Origin: Escherichia coli
GTDB taxonomy: Bacteria > Pseudomonadota > Gammaproteobacteria > Enterobacterales > Enterobacteriaceae
Assembly: GCF_003334385.1 (NCBI RefSeq)
Contig: NZ_QOWN01000011.1
Length of the DNA stretch: 64,000 nt
Strand: one strand, 5' to 3'
In this document: positions 13,179 through 26,248 of the stretch, piece by piece
Numbering within the stretch: position 1 is the stretch's first letter
Layout: each line of letters opens with the position of its first letter
The notes under the pieces: generated by a model
Seen by the model: only the letters and a program-made list of their open reading frames with translations
The model's database searches: none
What the model was told of the DNA's origin: nothing
Made by a program: the position numbers and the translations under genes

Positions 13179-14729
13179 GTGAGAACACGACATCTGGTCG
13201 GCCTTATTTCGGGAGTACTGATTCTTTCAGTATTGCTGCCTGTCGGCTTAAGCATCTGGCTGGCCCATCAGCAGGTAGAAACATCGTTTATTGAAGAGCT
13301 GGATACCTATTCCTCCCGCGTCGCTATTCGAGCCAATAAGGTGGCGACACAAGGGAAAGATGCGCTGCAGGAGCTGGAAAGATGGCAAGGCGCTGCCTGT
13401 AGCGAAGCCCATCTCATGGAAATGCGTCGGGTATCTTACAGTTATCGCTATATTCAGGAAGTGGCTTATATCGATAACAACGTTCCCCAGTGTTCGTCTC
13501 TGGAGCATGAAAGTCCGCCCGATACCTTCCCCGAGCCAGGTAAAATTTCGAAAGATGGTTATCGTGTCTGGTTAACATCGCATAACGATTTAGGCATTAT
13601 CCGTTACATGGTCGCCATGGGAACGGCACATTATGTCGTCATGATCGACCCCGCTTCCTTTATTGATGTCATTCCCTATAGCTCATGGCAAATTGATGCC
13701 GCCATTATTGGCAATGCCCATAACGTTGTCATAACCAGCAGCGATGAAATTGCTCAGGGAATTATTACCAGGCTACAAAAAACACCCGGTGAGCATATCG
13801 AAAATAATGGAATCATTTACGATATCCTGCCCTTACCGGAGATGAATATTTCGATCATCACATGGGCTTCAACGAAAATGTTGCAGAAAGGCTGGCATCG
13901 GCAAGTCTTTATTTGGTTACCGCTCGGGTTGGTGATTGGCCTGCTGGCAGCGATGTTTGTGCTGCGTATTTTGCGCCGTATTCAGTCACCGCATCATCGG
14001 CTGCAGGATGCTATCGAAAATCGTGATATTTGCGTGCACTATCAGCCGATTGTCTCCTTAGCCAATGGCAAAATTGTCGGTGCTGAGGCACTGGCGCGCT
14101 GGCCGCAGACAGACGGTAGTTGGTTGTCACCAGATAGTTTTATTCCGCTGGCACAGCAAACGGGCCTTTCTGAGCCATTGACGCTACTGATTATAAGAAG
14201 CGTCTTTGAAGATATGGGCGACTGGCTGCGTCAGCATCCACAGCAGCATATTTCGATCAATCTTGAATCCCCCGTGCTCACCTCGGAAAAAATCCCGCAA
14301 TTGCTGCGTGACATGATCAATCACTATCAGGTTAATCCCAGACAGATCGCGCTTGAACTCACTGAACGCGAGTTTGCCGATCCGAAAACCAGCGCCCCGA
14401 TAATTTCTCGCTACCGGGAGGCGGGCCATGAAATTTATCTTGATGATTTTGGTACGGGGTATTCAAGTTTAAGTTATTTACAGGATCTGGATGTCGACAT
14501 TCTGAAGCTCGATAAATCTTTCGTTGATGCGCTGGAATATAAAAATGTCACGCCGCATATCATCGAAATGGCAAAAACACTGAAACTGAAAATGGTAGCG
14601 GAGGGAATCGAAACCAGTAAACAAGAAGAGTGGTTACGCCAGCATGGCGTGCACTACGGTCAGGGCTGGCTCTACAGCAAGGCATTACCGAAAGAAGATT
14701 TCTTACGCTGGGCCGAGCAACATTTGTGA
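13179..14729 (+). CDS. pdeB: cyclic-di-GMP phosphodiesterase PdeB (YlaB), CSS-domain plus EAL domain
   Basis: EAL-domain C-terminus (DDFGTGYSSLSYL, KLDKSFV); start placed at GTG 13179 (516 aa, good spacing from AAGGA), though ATG at 13173 is an alternative. Confidence 0.85.
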   Translation: MRTRHLVGLISGVLILSVLLPVGLSIWLAHQQVETSFIEELDTYSSRVAIRANKVATQGKDALQELERWQGAACSEAHLMEMRRVSYSYRYIQEVAYIDNNVPQCSSLEHESPPDTFPEPGKISKDGYRVWLTSHNDLGIIRYMVAMGTAHYVVMIDPASFIDVIPYSSWQIDAAIIGNAHNVVITSSDEIAQGIITRLQKTPGEHIENNGIIYDILPLPEMNISIITWASTKMLQKGWHRQVFIWLPLGLVIGLLAAMFVLRILRRIQSPHHRLQDAIENRDICVHYQPIVSLANGKIVGAEALARWPQTDGSWLSPDSFIPLAQQTGLSEPLTLLIIRSVFEDMGDWLRQHPQQHISINLESPVLTSEKIPQLLRDMINHYQVNPRQIALELTEREFADPKTSAPIISRYREAGHEIYLDDFGTGYSSLSYLQDLDVDILKLDKSFVDALEYKNVTPHIIEMAKTLKLKMVAEGIETSKQEEWLRQHGVHYGQGWLYSKALPKEDFLRWAEQHL

Positions 14730-14770
14730 ATTTTTGGGCTGACGGCACGCCGCACAGCCCGTCACGCTAC

Positions 14771-15124
14771 CTATTCGTCGATGATTGACTCGAATCCGCC
14801 ATAGATCATTCGCTTGCCGTCAAACGGCATGGACTCGCCGAACTCTTTCATCCGTGGGTCCGACATCATCTTTTGATTAGCAGCGTCGCGGACCTCTTTT
14901 GAAGGGTATTCAATCCAGCTAAAGACAACCTCTTCATTCTCTTCCGCTTTCACCGCCATACGAAAATCGGTCACTTTGCCATCCGGTACATCGCTGGCCC
15001 AGCATTCGACAATACGAAGCGCGCCAAACTCTTTAAACAATGGCGCAGCCTTAGCGGCCATTTCCCGATAGGCATCCTTTTTATCGGCAGGAACGGCAAC
15101 CACAAAACCATCAACATACTTCAT
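14771..15124 (-). CDS. ybaA: DUF1428 family protein YbaA
   Basis: 117-aa ORF MKYVDGFVVAVPADKKDAYREMAAKAAPLFKEFGALR...; matches E. coli YbaA. Confidence 0.92.
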   Translation of the reverse strand: MKYVDGFVVAVPADKKDAYREMAAKAAPLFKEFGALRIVECWASDVPDGKVTDFRMAVKAEENEEVVFSWIEYPSKEVRDAANQKMMSDPRMKEFGESMPFDGKRMIYGGFESIIDE

Positions 15125-15234
15125 CAGACATACCTCCGAAGCGTACTGCGCAGCCAGACAATTCTTGCGACGTCAGTTGTGGTTAAAGTTTAGCCATGTT
15201 GGGATTTTTTGACGAAACGGTGGGAGGCAGAAAT

Positions 15235-15348
15235 GGGTGGGGGCCCTGCCAGCTACATCCCGGCACACGCGTCATCTGCCTTGGCTGCTTCCTTCCGGAC
15301 CTGACCTGGTAAACAGAGTAGCGTTGCGGGAGAACCAACAGAGCCCCC
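15235..15348 (-). ncRNA. ffs: 4.5S RNA, the RNA component of the signal recognition particle
   Basis: Reverse complement of 15235-15348 reads GGGGGCUCUGUUGGUUCUCCCGCAACGCUACUCUGUUUACCAGGUCAGGUCCGGAAGGAAGCAGCCAAGGCAGAUGACGCGUGUGCCGGGAUGUAGCUGGCAGGGCCCCCACCC (114 nt), identical to E. coli 4.5S RNA as I recall it. Confidence 0.93.
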
Positions 15349-15424
15349 ATTGAGAGCGTTGAGAACCAACGCGCAGGCGCATTATCACTGCTGCCCCGGC
15401 TAATTGCAACCCATCGCGTGCCAG

Positions 15425-15814
15425 ATGCTGGTTTCTTGCGCAATGCGACTTCACTCGGGCGTTTTTCCAGATTATGCTGAAAAATTACCTCAGGAAGAAA
15501 AGATGGAAAAAGAAGATTCATTTCCCCAACGCGTCTGGCAAATCGTCGCCGCTATTCCCGAAGGCTATGTCACCACTTACGGTGATGTGGCGAAACTGGC
15601 GGGATCGCCCCGCGCCGCGCGCCAGGTGGGCGGTGTGTTAAAGCGTCTCCCTGAAGGCAGCACCTTACCCTGGCACCGGGTGGTTAATCGCCACGGCACA
15701 ATTTCGCTAACCGGACCGGATTTACAGCGTCAGCGACAGGCATTACTGGCAGAAGGTGTGATGGTATCGGGAAGCGGGCAAATCGACTTGCAGCGTTATC
15801 GCTGGAACTACTAA
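15425..15814 (+). CDS. atl: alkyltransferase-like DNA-damage sensor Atl (YbaZ)
   Basis: 129 aa from ATG at 15425; contains PWHRV where true O6-alkylguanine transferases have PCHRV. Confidence 0.9.
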   Translation: MLVSCAMRLHSGVFPDYAEKLPQEEKMEKEDSFPQRVWQIVAAIPEGYVTTYGDVAKLAGSPRAARQVGGVLKRLPEGSTLPWHRVVNRHGTISLTGPDLQRQRQALLAEGVMVSGSGQIDLQRYRWNY

Positions 15815-15844
15815 CCCTCTCCGGGCGGAGAGGGTTAACGTCGC

Positions 15845-16417
15845 TTAATATTGCGTAGGAGCTGGAACTGCCGAAGACGGATTCACCTGAGTTGGTGAAG
15901 TCGAAGGTACGGTAGTCGTTGCGCCACCGCTGGCCTGAACCGGCACGGCGGTTTGCTGTACCGGCACCAATGTCAGGTCGGCTTTAGTTCCGCCCTGGTT
16001 GATCACCGGCTGAACGGTATCGGTGATAAATACCAGTTTGTCATTCACGGTAATCGCCGCACTCAACAGAATACGCGCGTTCGGCTGAACATCTGCCGGG
16101 TTAAATGGCAGAACAAAGCTGAATGGTGACTGTTTACCTTCAGTACGCACCGCTTTCTGCGCCAGCACTTTTGACGGTGCATCGGCTAACGACGCGTCAG
16201 AAAGTGTCACGGTCAGCACAGCATCAGGCGGCAGTGCGACTTTCTGACGGATCCAGACGGTACCGGAGACATTCGGTTGCTGGATAGCTGGTTGTTGTGT
16301 TGCTGAAATAGACGTATTTGCAGCCGGTGCTGGCGTCTGAATATCCGCGCTTTTATCTGCGCAAGCCGCCAACGCAATCGCAACCGCTAAACCACTGGCC
16401 ATGTGCACGAGTTTCAT
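15845..16417 (-). CDS. ybaY: outer-membrane lipoprotein YbaY
   Basis: 190-aa ORF MKLVHMASGLAVAIALAAC (lipobox) ...; matches E. coli YbaY. Confidence 0.92.
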   Translation of the reverse strand: MKLVHMASGLAVAIALAACADKSADIQTPAPAANTSISATQQPAIQQPNVSGTVWIRQKVALPPDAVLTVTLSDASLADAPSKVLAQKAVRTEGKQSPFSFVLPFNPADVQPNARILLSAAITVNDKLVFITDTVQPVINQGGTKADLTLVPVQQTAVPVQASGGATTTVPSTSPTQVNPSSAVPAPTQY

Positions 16418-16634
16418 TCATTTCTCCTTATTATCAATGCACCAGCGGGCTAACTTTCCTCGCCGGAAGAGTGGTTAACAAAATAGTAACGTCAACAAGT
16501 GTGGCACACATCACGCATTTCTGCCTGTAATTAGCCCGTAATTCAGACCATTGCACCCATCGGACCAGTAGCAAATTTGCGTTATACTCAACTCACTTTG
16601 GCTTGCTGCGGCAGCTTTGTTACTGGAGAGTTAT

Positions 16635-17495
16635 ATGAGTCAGGCGCTAAAAAATTTACTGACATTGTTAAATCTGGAAAAAATTGAGGAAGGACTCTTT
16701 CGCGGCCAGAGTGAAGATTTAGGTTTACGCCAGGTGTTTGGCGGCCAGGTCGTGGGTCAGGCCTTGTATGCTGCAAAAGAGACCGTCCCTGAAGAGCGGC
16801 TGGTACATTCGTTTCACAGCTACTTTCTTCGCCCTGGCGATAGTAAGAAGCCGATTATTTATGATGTCGAAACGCTGCGTGACGGTAACAGCTTCAGCGC
16901 CCGCCGGGTTGCTGCTATTCAAAACGGCAAACCGATTTTTTATATGACTGCCTCTTTCCAGGCACCAGAAGCGGGTTTCGAACATCAAAAAACAATGCCG
17001 TCCGCGCCAGCGCCTGATGGCCTACCTTCGGAAACGCAAATCGCCCAATCGCTGGCGCACCTGCTGCCGCCAGTGCTGAAAGATAAATTCATCTGCGATC
17101 GTCCGCTGGAAGTCCGTCCGGTGGAGTTTCATAACCCACTGAAAGGTCACGTCGCAGAACCACATCGTCAGGTGTGGATCCGCGCAAATGGTAGCGTGCC
17201 GGATGACCTGCGCGTTCATCAGTATCTGCTCGGTTACGCTTCTGATCTTAACTTCCTGCCGGTAGCTCTACAGCCGCACGGCATCGGTTTTCTCGAACCG
17301 GGGATTCAGATTGCCACCATTGACCATTCCATGTGGTTCCATCGCCCGTTTAATTTGAATGAATGGCTGCTGTATAGCGTGGAGAGCACCTCGGCGTCCA
17401 GCGCACGTGGCTTTGTGCGCGGTGAGTTTTATACCCAAGACGGCGTACTGGTTGCCTCGACCGTTCAGGAAGGGGTGATGCGTAATCACAATTAA
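16635..17495 (+). CDS. tesB: acyl-CoA thioesterase II
   Basis: 286 aa from ATG at 16635 ([30 protein letters not shown]...); matches E. coli TesB. Confidence 0.95.
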
Positions 17496-17533
17496 AAAAA
17501 TAGCCGGAGGTGAAAACCGTCCGGCTGTTTTTT
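17494..17533. terminator. bidirectional intrinsic terminator between convergent tesB and amtB
   Basis: A-run, hairpin gccgga-N11-tccggc, then T-run (aaaaaaatagccggaggtgaaaaccgtccggctgtttttt). Confidence 0.65.
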
Positions 17534-17543
17534 GCAGTGCTTG

Positions 17544-18830
17544 TTACGCGTTATAGGCATTCTCGCCGTGGCTGTTGACATCCAGCCCTTCTCGCTCCTG
17601 CTCTTCCGGTACACGCAGACCAACCGTCAGATCCGCCAATTTGTAGCCGATAAATGCCACAACACCGGACCAGACGATCGTAATGGCGATGCTTTCCAGC
17701 TGTACCAGCAACTGATGGCCCATCGTCACACCTTCAGCGAAGCCCACGCCGCCCAGCGAGCTGGCGGCAAAAATCCCGGTCATGATACAGCCGACAATGC
17801 CACAAACGCCGTGCACACCGAAGACATCGCAGGGATCATCCACCCGCAGCAAGCGTTTGAGCATGGTAACGCCCCACAAGCCCGCCAGACCAGCTACCAC
17901 GCCGATAATCAACGCGCCGCCAACCCCAATGTAGCCGCAGGCTGGCGTCACGCCGACCAGACCGGCAATCGCGCCAGAACACGCCCCCAGCAGTGAAGGC
18001 TTACCACGCAGCGCCCATTCACCGAAGATCCAGCCAAGAATTGCCGCCGCCGTTGCGACCACAGTATTCACAAATGCCAGTGCCGCGATTTCATTCGCCG
18101 TGCCCGCTGACCCGGCGTTAAAGCCAAACCAACCGATATAGAGAATGGCAGTCCCGGTGAAGACCATCGGCAGGTTGTGCGGTTTAAACGCCTCTTTACC
18201 GAAGCCCACGCGTTTTCCTATCAGATACGCGCCCACCAGACCGGCGATTGCGGCGTTAATGTGCACCACGGTGCCACCCGCGAAATCCAGCGCACCGTGA
18301 GAAGCCAGCAAACCACCGCCCCACACCATATGCGCAATCGGAATGTAAGAGAGCGTCAGCCATACCACCACGAAAATCAACACAGCTGAGAAGCGGATTC
18401 GTTCCGCCAGCGCCCCAACTATCAAGCCGACGGTAATGCAGGCAAACGATCCCTGAAACGCCACGTGGATATACTGATAAATGCTGCCCATCACCGCCGT
18501 CAGTTCGATGTTTTTCAGCATCAACCAGTTAATGTTGCCGAAGAAGTTGTTGCCCTCACCAAACGCCAGCGAGTAACCGTAAACCACCCAGAGAATACAG
18601 ACCAGTGCAAATGTCACCGTCACCTGCGTCAGCATCGACAGCACGTTTTTGCCGCGAATCAACCCACCGTAAAACAGGGCAATCCCCGGAATAGTCATAA
18701 ACAGCACCAGCGCAGTACAAATCATCATAAACGCATTGTCGGCTTTATCGGCCACCGCAGGTGCAGCCATTACCAGTCCCGGAAGCATCGCCAGTGAAGC
18801 AAGCCCAGTTTTTATCGTCGCTATCTTCAT
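17544..18830 (-). CDS. amtB: ammonium transporter AmtB
   Basis: 428-aa ORF MKIATIKTGLASLAMLPGLVMAAPAVADKADNAFMMICTALVLFMT...; matches E. coli AmtB. Confidence 0.96.
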   Translation of the reverse strand: MKIATIKTGLASLAMLPGLVMAAPAVADKADNAFMMICTALVLFMTIPGIALFYGGLIRGKNVLSMLTQVTVTFALVCILWVVYGYSLAFGEGNNFFGNINWLMLKNIELTAVMGSIYQYIHVAFQGSFACITVGLIVGALAERIRFSAVLIFVVVWLTLSYIPIAHMVWGGGLLASHGALDFAGGTVVHINAAIAGLVGAYLIGKRVGFGKEAFKPHNLPMVFTGTAILYIGWFGFNAGSAGTANEIAALAFVNTVVATAAAILGWIFGEWALRGKPSLLGACSGAIAGLVGVTPACGYIGVGGALIIGVVAGLAGLWGVTMLKRLLRVDDPCDVFGVHGVCGIVGCIMTGIFAASSLGGVGFAEGVTMGHQLLVQLESIAITIVWSGVVAFIGYKLADLTVGLRVPEEQEREGLDVNSHGENAYNA

Positions 18831-18859
18831 TTTTCGTTCCTGTTGCTGTGTGCCAGAGA

Positions 18860-19198
18860 TTACAGCGCCGCTTCGTCGGCTTCGCCGGTACGAATACGAA
18901 TGACGCGTTGCAATTCAGCGACGAAGATTTTGCCGTCGCCAATTTTTCCGGTGTAAGCCGCCTTACTGACGATATCGATCACTTCATCGAGTTGGTCATC
19001 AGCAATCGCCACATCAATTTTTACTTTTGGCAGGAAATTGACGCTGTATTCCGCCCCCCGGTACAGCTCGGCATGCCCTTTCTGACGCCCGAAACCTTTC
19101 ACTTCGGTGACGGTCAGGCCCTGAATACCAATGGAAGATAACGCTTCACGAACGTCTTCCAGCTTGAATGGTTTGATTATCACGGTCACCAGCTTCAT
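18860..19198 (-). CDS. glnK: nitrogen regulatory protein PII-2 (GlnK)
   Basis: 112 aa from ATG at 19196-19198 (MKLVTVIIKPFKLEDVREALSSIGIQGLTVTEVKGFGRQKGH...); GGAGG ribosome-binding site; the longer track ORF extension was rejected. Confidence 0.95.
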   Translation of the reverse strand: MKLVTVIIKPFKLEDVREALSSIGIQGLTVTEVKGFGRQKGHAELYRGAEYSVNFLPKVKIDVAIADDQLDEVIDIVSKAAYTGKIGDGKIFVAELQRVIRIRTGEADEAAL

Positions 19199-19250
19199 AG
19201 ATCCCCTCCGGTCAGAATTCGGTAATGGTTCTGCTACACGAAGAAGGTAT

Positions 19251-19266
19251 TGCAAGCGGTGTGCCA
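19251..19266 (-). promoter_or_regulatory. sigma54 (-24/-12) promoter of glnK-amtB
   Basis: Minus strand reads TGGCAC-ACCGC-TTGCA, an exact match to the TGGCAC-N5-TTGCA consensus, about 55 nt upstream of the glnK start; an NtrC-like dyad gcactatgacagtgc lies at 19321-19335. Confidence 0.8.
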
Positions 19267-19378
19267 GAAATGAAAAACGAGAAAGAGAGCAGGAAGTTAA
19301 GAAGTTTGAAAATGAAAACGCACTATGACAGTGCACAGTGCGTTACATTTTTGCACCAACGATGAAATATTGCGCTAT

Positions 19379-22925
<3,547 letters not shown>

Positions 22926-22954
22926 GCGTTGTGTCCTGACCTGATTCTGGATAT

Positions 22955-23413
22955 TTATTCGATGGGTAAAGAAGTGGTGTATTTAATCTGTTCCATCGCG
23001 AAGCTGGAAGTGACGTCCGACAGCCCCGGCACGCTGTTTACCAGACGCTTATAAAACTCGTCGTAGCGTTTCATGTCGGCAACCTGGACGCGCATCAGAT
23101 AATCGTATTCACCAGCCATGCGCCAGAACCCCAGCACTTCTGGCATTTCGGTAACCACCGTGACAAAGCGGCAATACCATTCGCTGCTGTGATGTTGCGT
23201 TTTTATCAGCACAAAAGCGGTCAGGCCGAGGCCTATTTTTTCCGGATCCAGCAGGGCGACTTTGCCGATAAGGATACCGTCGTCCTCCAGCCGTTTCAGG
23301 CGCTTCCAGCAAGGGGTGGTTGTCAGATTAACGGCTTCAGCCAGTGCCTGCAAAGAGAGGGTGCAATCCTGCTGCAGTAAGGCCAGCAGCTTACGGTCAA
23401 TTTTATCTAACAT
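22955..23413 (-). CDS. decR: Lrp/AsnC-family transcriptional regulator DecR (YbaO)
   Basis: 152 aa from ATG at 23411-23413 ([46 protein letters not shown]...); the 228-aa track ORF has a 76-codon spurious extension. Confidence 0.9.
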
Positions 23414-23565
23414 AGCCCTTCCACAGAGAATTTTTTTCTCTTTTAATTTTATTTTAAAGGTGAAATCACGACAATTTATTCTGTGCGGTTTAAACACCAC
23501 GGCACAAAATGACAAATTCAACGCAAAAAAAACCGGGCAATTGCCCGGTGCTGGAAGGGATCTCG

Positions 23566-24384
23566 TTATTCGGGGGAATAAGGTAGATGTGGATAGTCCA
23601 GCCAGTGCGTCAAATAGTGAGAGACAGCCTGATTTCGGCAATGTCCAATCACCGGTAAATGCGGGAGCTCCGCGCGCAGTTGCGGCATCGCATTGCCCAT
23701 AATAAATCCGCTACCGACGCTGACTAACATTTCGCGATCGTTCATCGCATCACCAAAGGCCATGCAATCGCGCAACGATAAACCTAAATGTTGGGTCAGC
23801 ACCGTCAATGCAGCGCCTTTATTGCAGCCCACCGGCAGCACTTCGAGGCAATCCGTGGCGGAAAAACACAAATGTGCACGCTCGCCTAATGCTTCGTATA
23901 GCTGGATCTGCAAGCGTGTAAGATCGTCGTGATCGCCACAGAAGCAGATCTTGGTGACGCTGCCGAGTGGCATTTTTTTGACATCGATTATCTGATAACG
24001 AAAACCGCTATAGACAAATGCCTGCAACAACGCAGGGATCTCTTTCCCGGTAAACCAACCGTCGTCATTGAAGATATGCATGCTGGCTCGGGTATCCCAT
24101 TGCTGATACAGCACCAGCTCCGCGACATCCGCAGGTAAATCATCACGATGTAAAAGTTCACCTTCCAGAGAATGCACGCGCGTTCCGTTGCCGGTAATCA
24201 AATACGCATCCAGCGATAGCGCCCCGAGAATATGCTGCATCTCCAGCGCATGACGCCCCGTGGCAAAAGTGAGGGTAATGTCGCGTTCACGCAGTCGCGC
24301 CAAAGTAGAGAGGGTTTTCTCACCTAAATGATGGTCAGGCATCAATAAAGTGCCATCCATATCAAATGCTGCCAGACGAGCCAT
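23566..24384 (-). CDS. cof: HAD-family HMP-PP phosphatase Cof
   Basis: 272 aa from ATG at 24382-24384 ([17 protein letters not shown] motif I). Confidence 0.92.
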
Positions 24385-24483
24385 TTCTTTCTCCACTCTG
24401 TGACACGGTTAATGGTGATTGAGTATCACCTGATATATACGGAAGTAATAGTGAATAGTTAAATAATATTGTTCCGGGTTTAT

Positions 24484-26184
24484 ATGCGATTGCTCAACCG
24501 TCTTAACCAGTATCAACGTCTGTGGCAACCTTCCGCCGGAAAGCCGCAAACCGTCACCGTCAGCGAACTGGCCGAACGCTGTTTTTGCAGCGAACGCCAT
24601 GTTCGTACGCTGTTGCGTCAGGCACAGGAGGCGGGATGGCTGGAGTGGCAGGCGCAGTCAGGACGCGGAAAGCGCGGACAATTACGCTTTCTGGTCACGC
24701 CGGAATCGCTACGCAATGCGATGATGGAACAGGCACTGGAAACCGGAAAGCAGCAAGATGTGCTGGAGCTGGCGCAACTGGCCCCAGGTGAGCTGCGCAC
24801 TCTGTTACAGCCGTTTATGGGCGGACAATGGCAAAACGATACACCCACGTTGCGTATTCCCTACTATCGCCCGCTCGAACCGCTACAACCAGGCTTTTTG
24901 CCCGGCCGTGCCGAGCAGCATCTCGCCGGGCAGATATTTTCCGGCCTGACCCGCTTCGATAATAATACTCAGCGCCCGATTGGCGATTTAGCGCATCACT
25001 GGGAAACCTCTACTGACGGGTTACGCTGGGACTTTTATCTTCGTTCAACCCTACACTGGCATAACGGCGATGCAGTAAAAGCCTCACACTTACACCAGCG
25101 ATTATTGATGCTGTTACAACTGCCAGCACTGGATCAATTATTTATTAGCGTGAAGCGTATTGAAGTCACCCATCCGCAGTGTCTGACCTTCTTTTTACAT
25201 CGCCCTGATTACTGGCTTGCGCACCGGCTGGCGAGCTATTGCAGCCATCTGGCGCATCCGCAATTCCCACTGATCGGCACGGGTCCTTTTCGCTTAACAC
25301 AATTCACAGCAGAGCTGGTGCGCCTGGAAAGCCATGATTATTACCATTTACGTCATCCGCTGCTTAAAGCGGTTGAGTACTGGATAACTCCGCCGCTTTT
25401 CGAAAAAGATTTGGGAACCAGTTGTCGGCATCCCGTGCAAATCACCATCGGCAAACCGGAGGAGCTGCAACGGGTCAGCCAGGTCAGTAGCGGCATCAGT
25501 TTAGGTTTTTGCTATTTGACGTTGCGCAAAAGTCCCCGACTCTCCCTCTGGCAGGCGCGAAAAGTGATCTCCATTATTCATCAATCCGGTTTATTACAAA
25601 CGTTAGAAGTCGGAGAAAACCTGATCACCGCCAGTCATGCATTACTGCCAGGCTGGACTATTCCGCATTGGCAGGTACCGGATGAAGTCAAACTACCGAA
25701 AACCTTGACGCTGGTTTATCACCTACCGATAGAACTTCATACCATGGCAGAACGCCTACAGGCGACACTGGCAGCGGAAGGCTGTGAACTCACAATTATT
25801 TTTCATAACGCAAAAAACTGGGACGACACGACCCTACAGGCACACGCAGACCTCATGATGGGCGACAGATTAATTGGCGAAGCACCGGAATATACTCTGG
25901 AGCAATGGCTGCGCTGCGATCCGCTGTGGCCACATGTTTTCGACGCTCCAGCATACGCACATCTACAATCGACACTGGATGCCGTGCAAATAATGCCTGA
26001 TGAAGAAAACCGATTTAATGCCCTGAAAGCGGTTTTTAGCCAGTTAATGACAGATGCGACGCTGACGCCGCTGTTCAACTATCACTATCGCATTAGTGCC
26101 CCTCCCGGCGTGAACGGTGTGCGACTGACACCGCGCGGCTGGTTTGAATTTACCGAAGCCTGGCTTCCCGCGCCATCGCAATGA
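24484..26184 (+). CDS. ybaE: SgrR-like protein YbaE (N-terminal HTH fused to a periplasmic-type solute-binding domain)
   Basis: 566 aa from ATG at 24484 (MRLLNRLNQYQRLWQPSAGKPQTVTVSELAERCFCSERHVRTLLRQAQEAGWLEW...); matches E. coli YbaE. Confidence 0.9.
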   Translation: MRLLNRLNQYQRLWQPSAGKPQTVTVSELAERCFCSERHVRTLLRQAQEAGWLEWQAQSGRGKRGQLRFLVTPESLRNAMMEQALETGKQQDVLELAQLAPGELRTLLQPFMGGQWQNDTPTLRIPYYRPLEPLQPGFLPGRAEQHLAGQIFSGLTRFDNNTQRPIGDLAHHWETSTDGLRWDFYLRSTLHWHNGDAVKASHLHQRLLMLLQLPALDQLFISVKRIEVTHPQCLTFFLHRPDYWLAHRLASYCSHLAHPQFPLIGTGPFRLTQFTAELVRLESHDYYHLRHPLLKAVEYWITPPLFEKDLGTSCRHPVQITIGKPEELQRVSQVSSGISLGFCYLTLRKSPRLSLWQARKVISIIHQSGLLQTLEVGENLITASHALLPGWTIPHWQVPDEVKLPKTLTLVYHLPIELHTMAERLQATLAAEGCELTIIFHNAKNWDDTTLQAHADLMMGDRLIGEAPEYTLEQWLRCDPLWPHVFDAPAYAHLQSTLDAVQIMPDEENRFNALKAVFSQLMTDATLTPLFNYHYRISAPPGVNGVRLTPRGWFEFTEAWLPAPSQ

Positions 26185-26248
26185 ATAGCTGGTCCGGGTT
26201 AATCGCAGGCGTTACCATAACGCTTTTATTGTTCAAGCAGGATTATCT

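Noticed and set aside
15183-15521. 112-aa minus-strand ORF from the track (and the nested 60-aa ORF at 15272-15454)
   Set aside because: It overlaps the 4.5S RNA gene ffs (15235-15348) completely; the predicted peptide is low-complexity with no recognisable domain, so the locus is an RNA gene.
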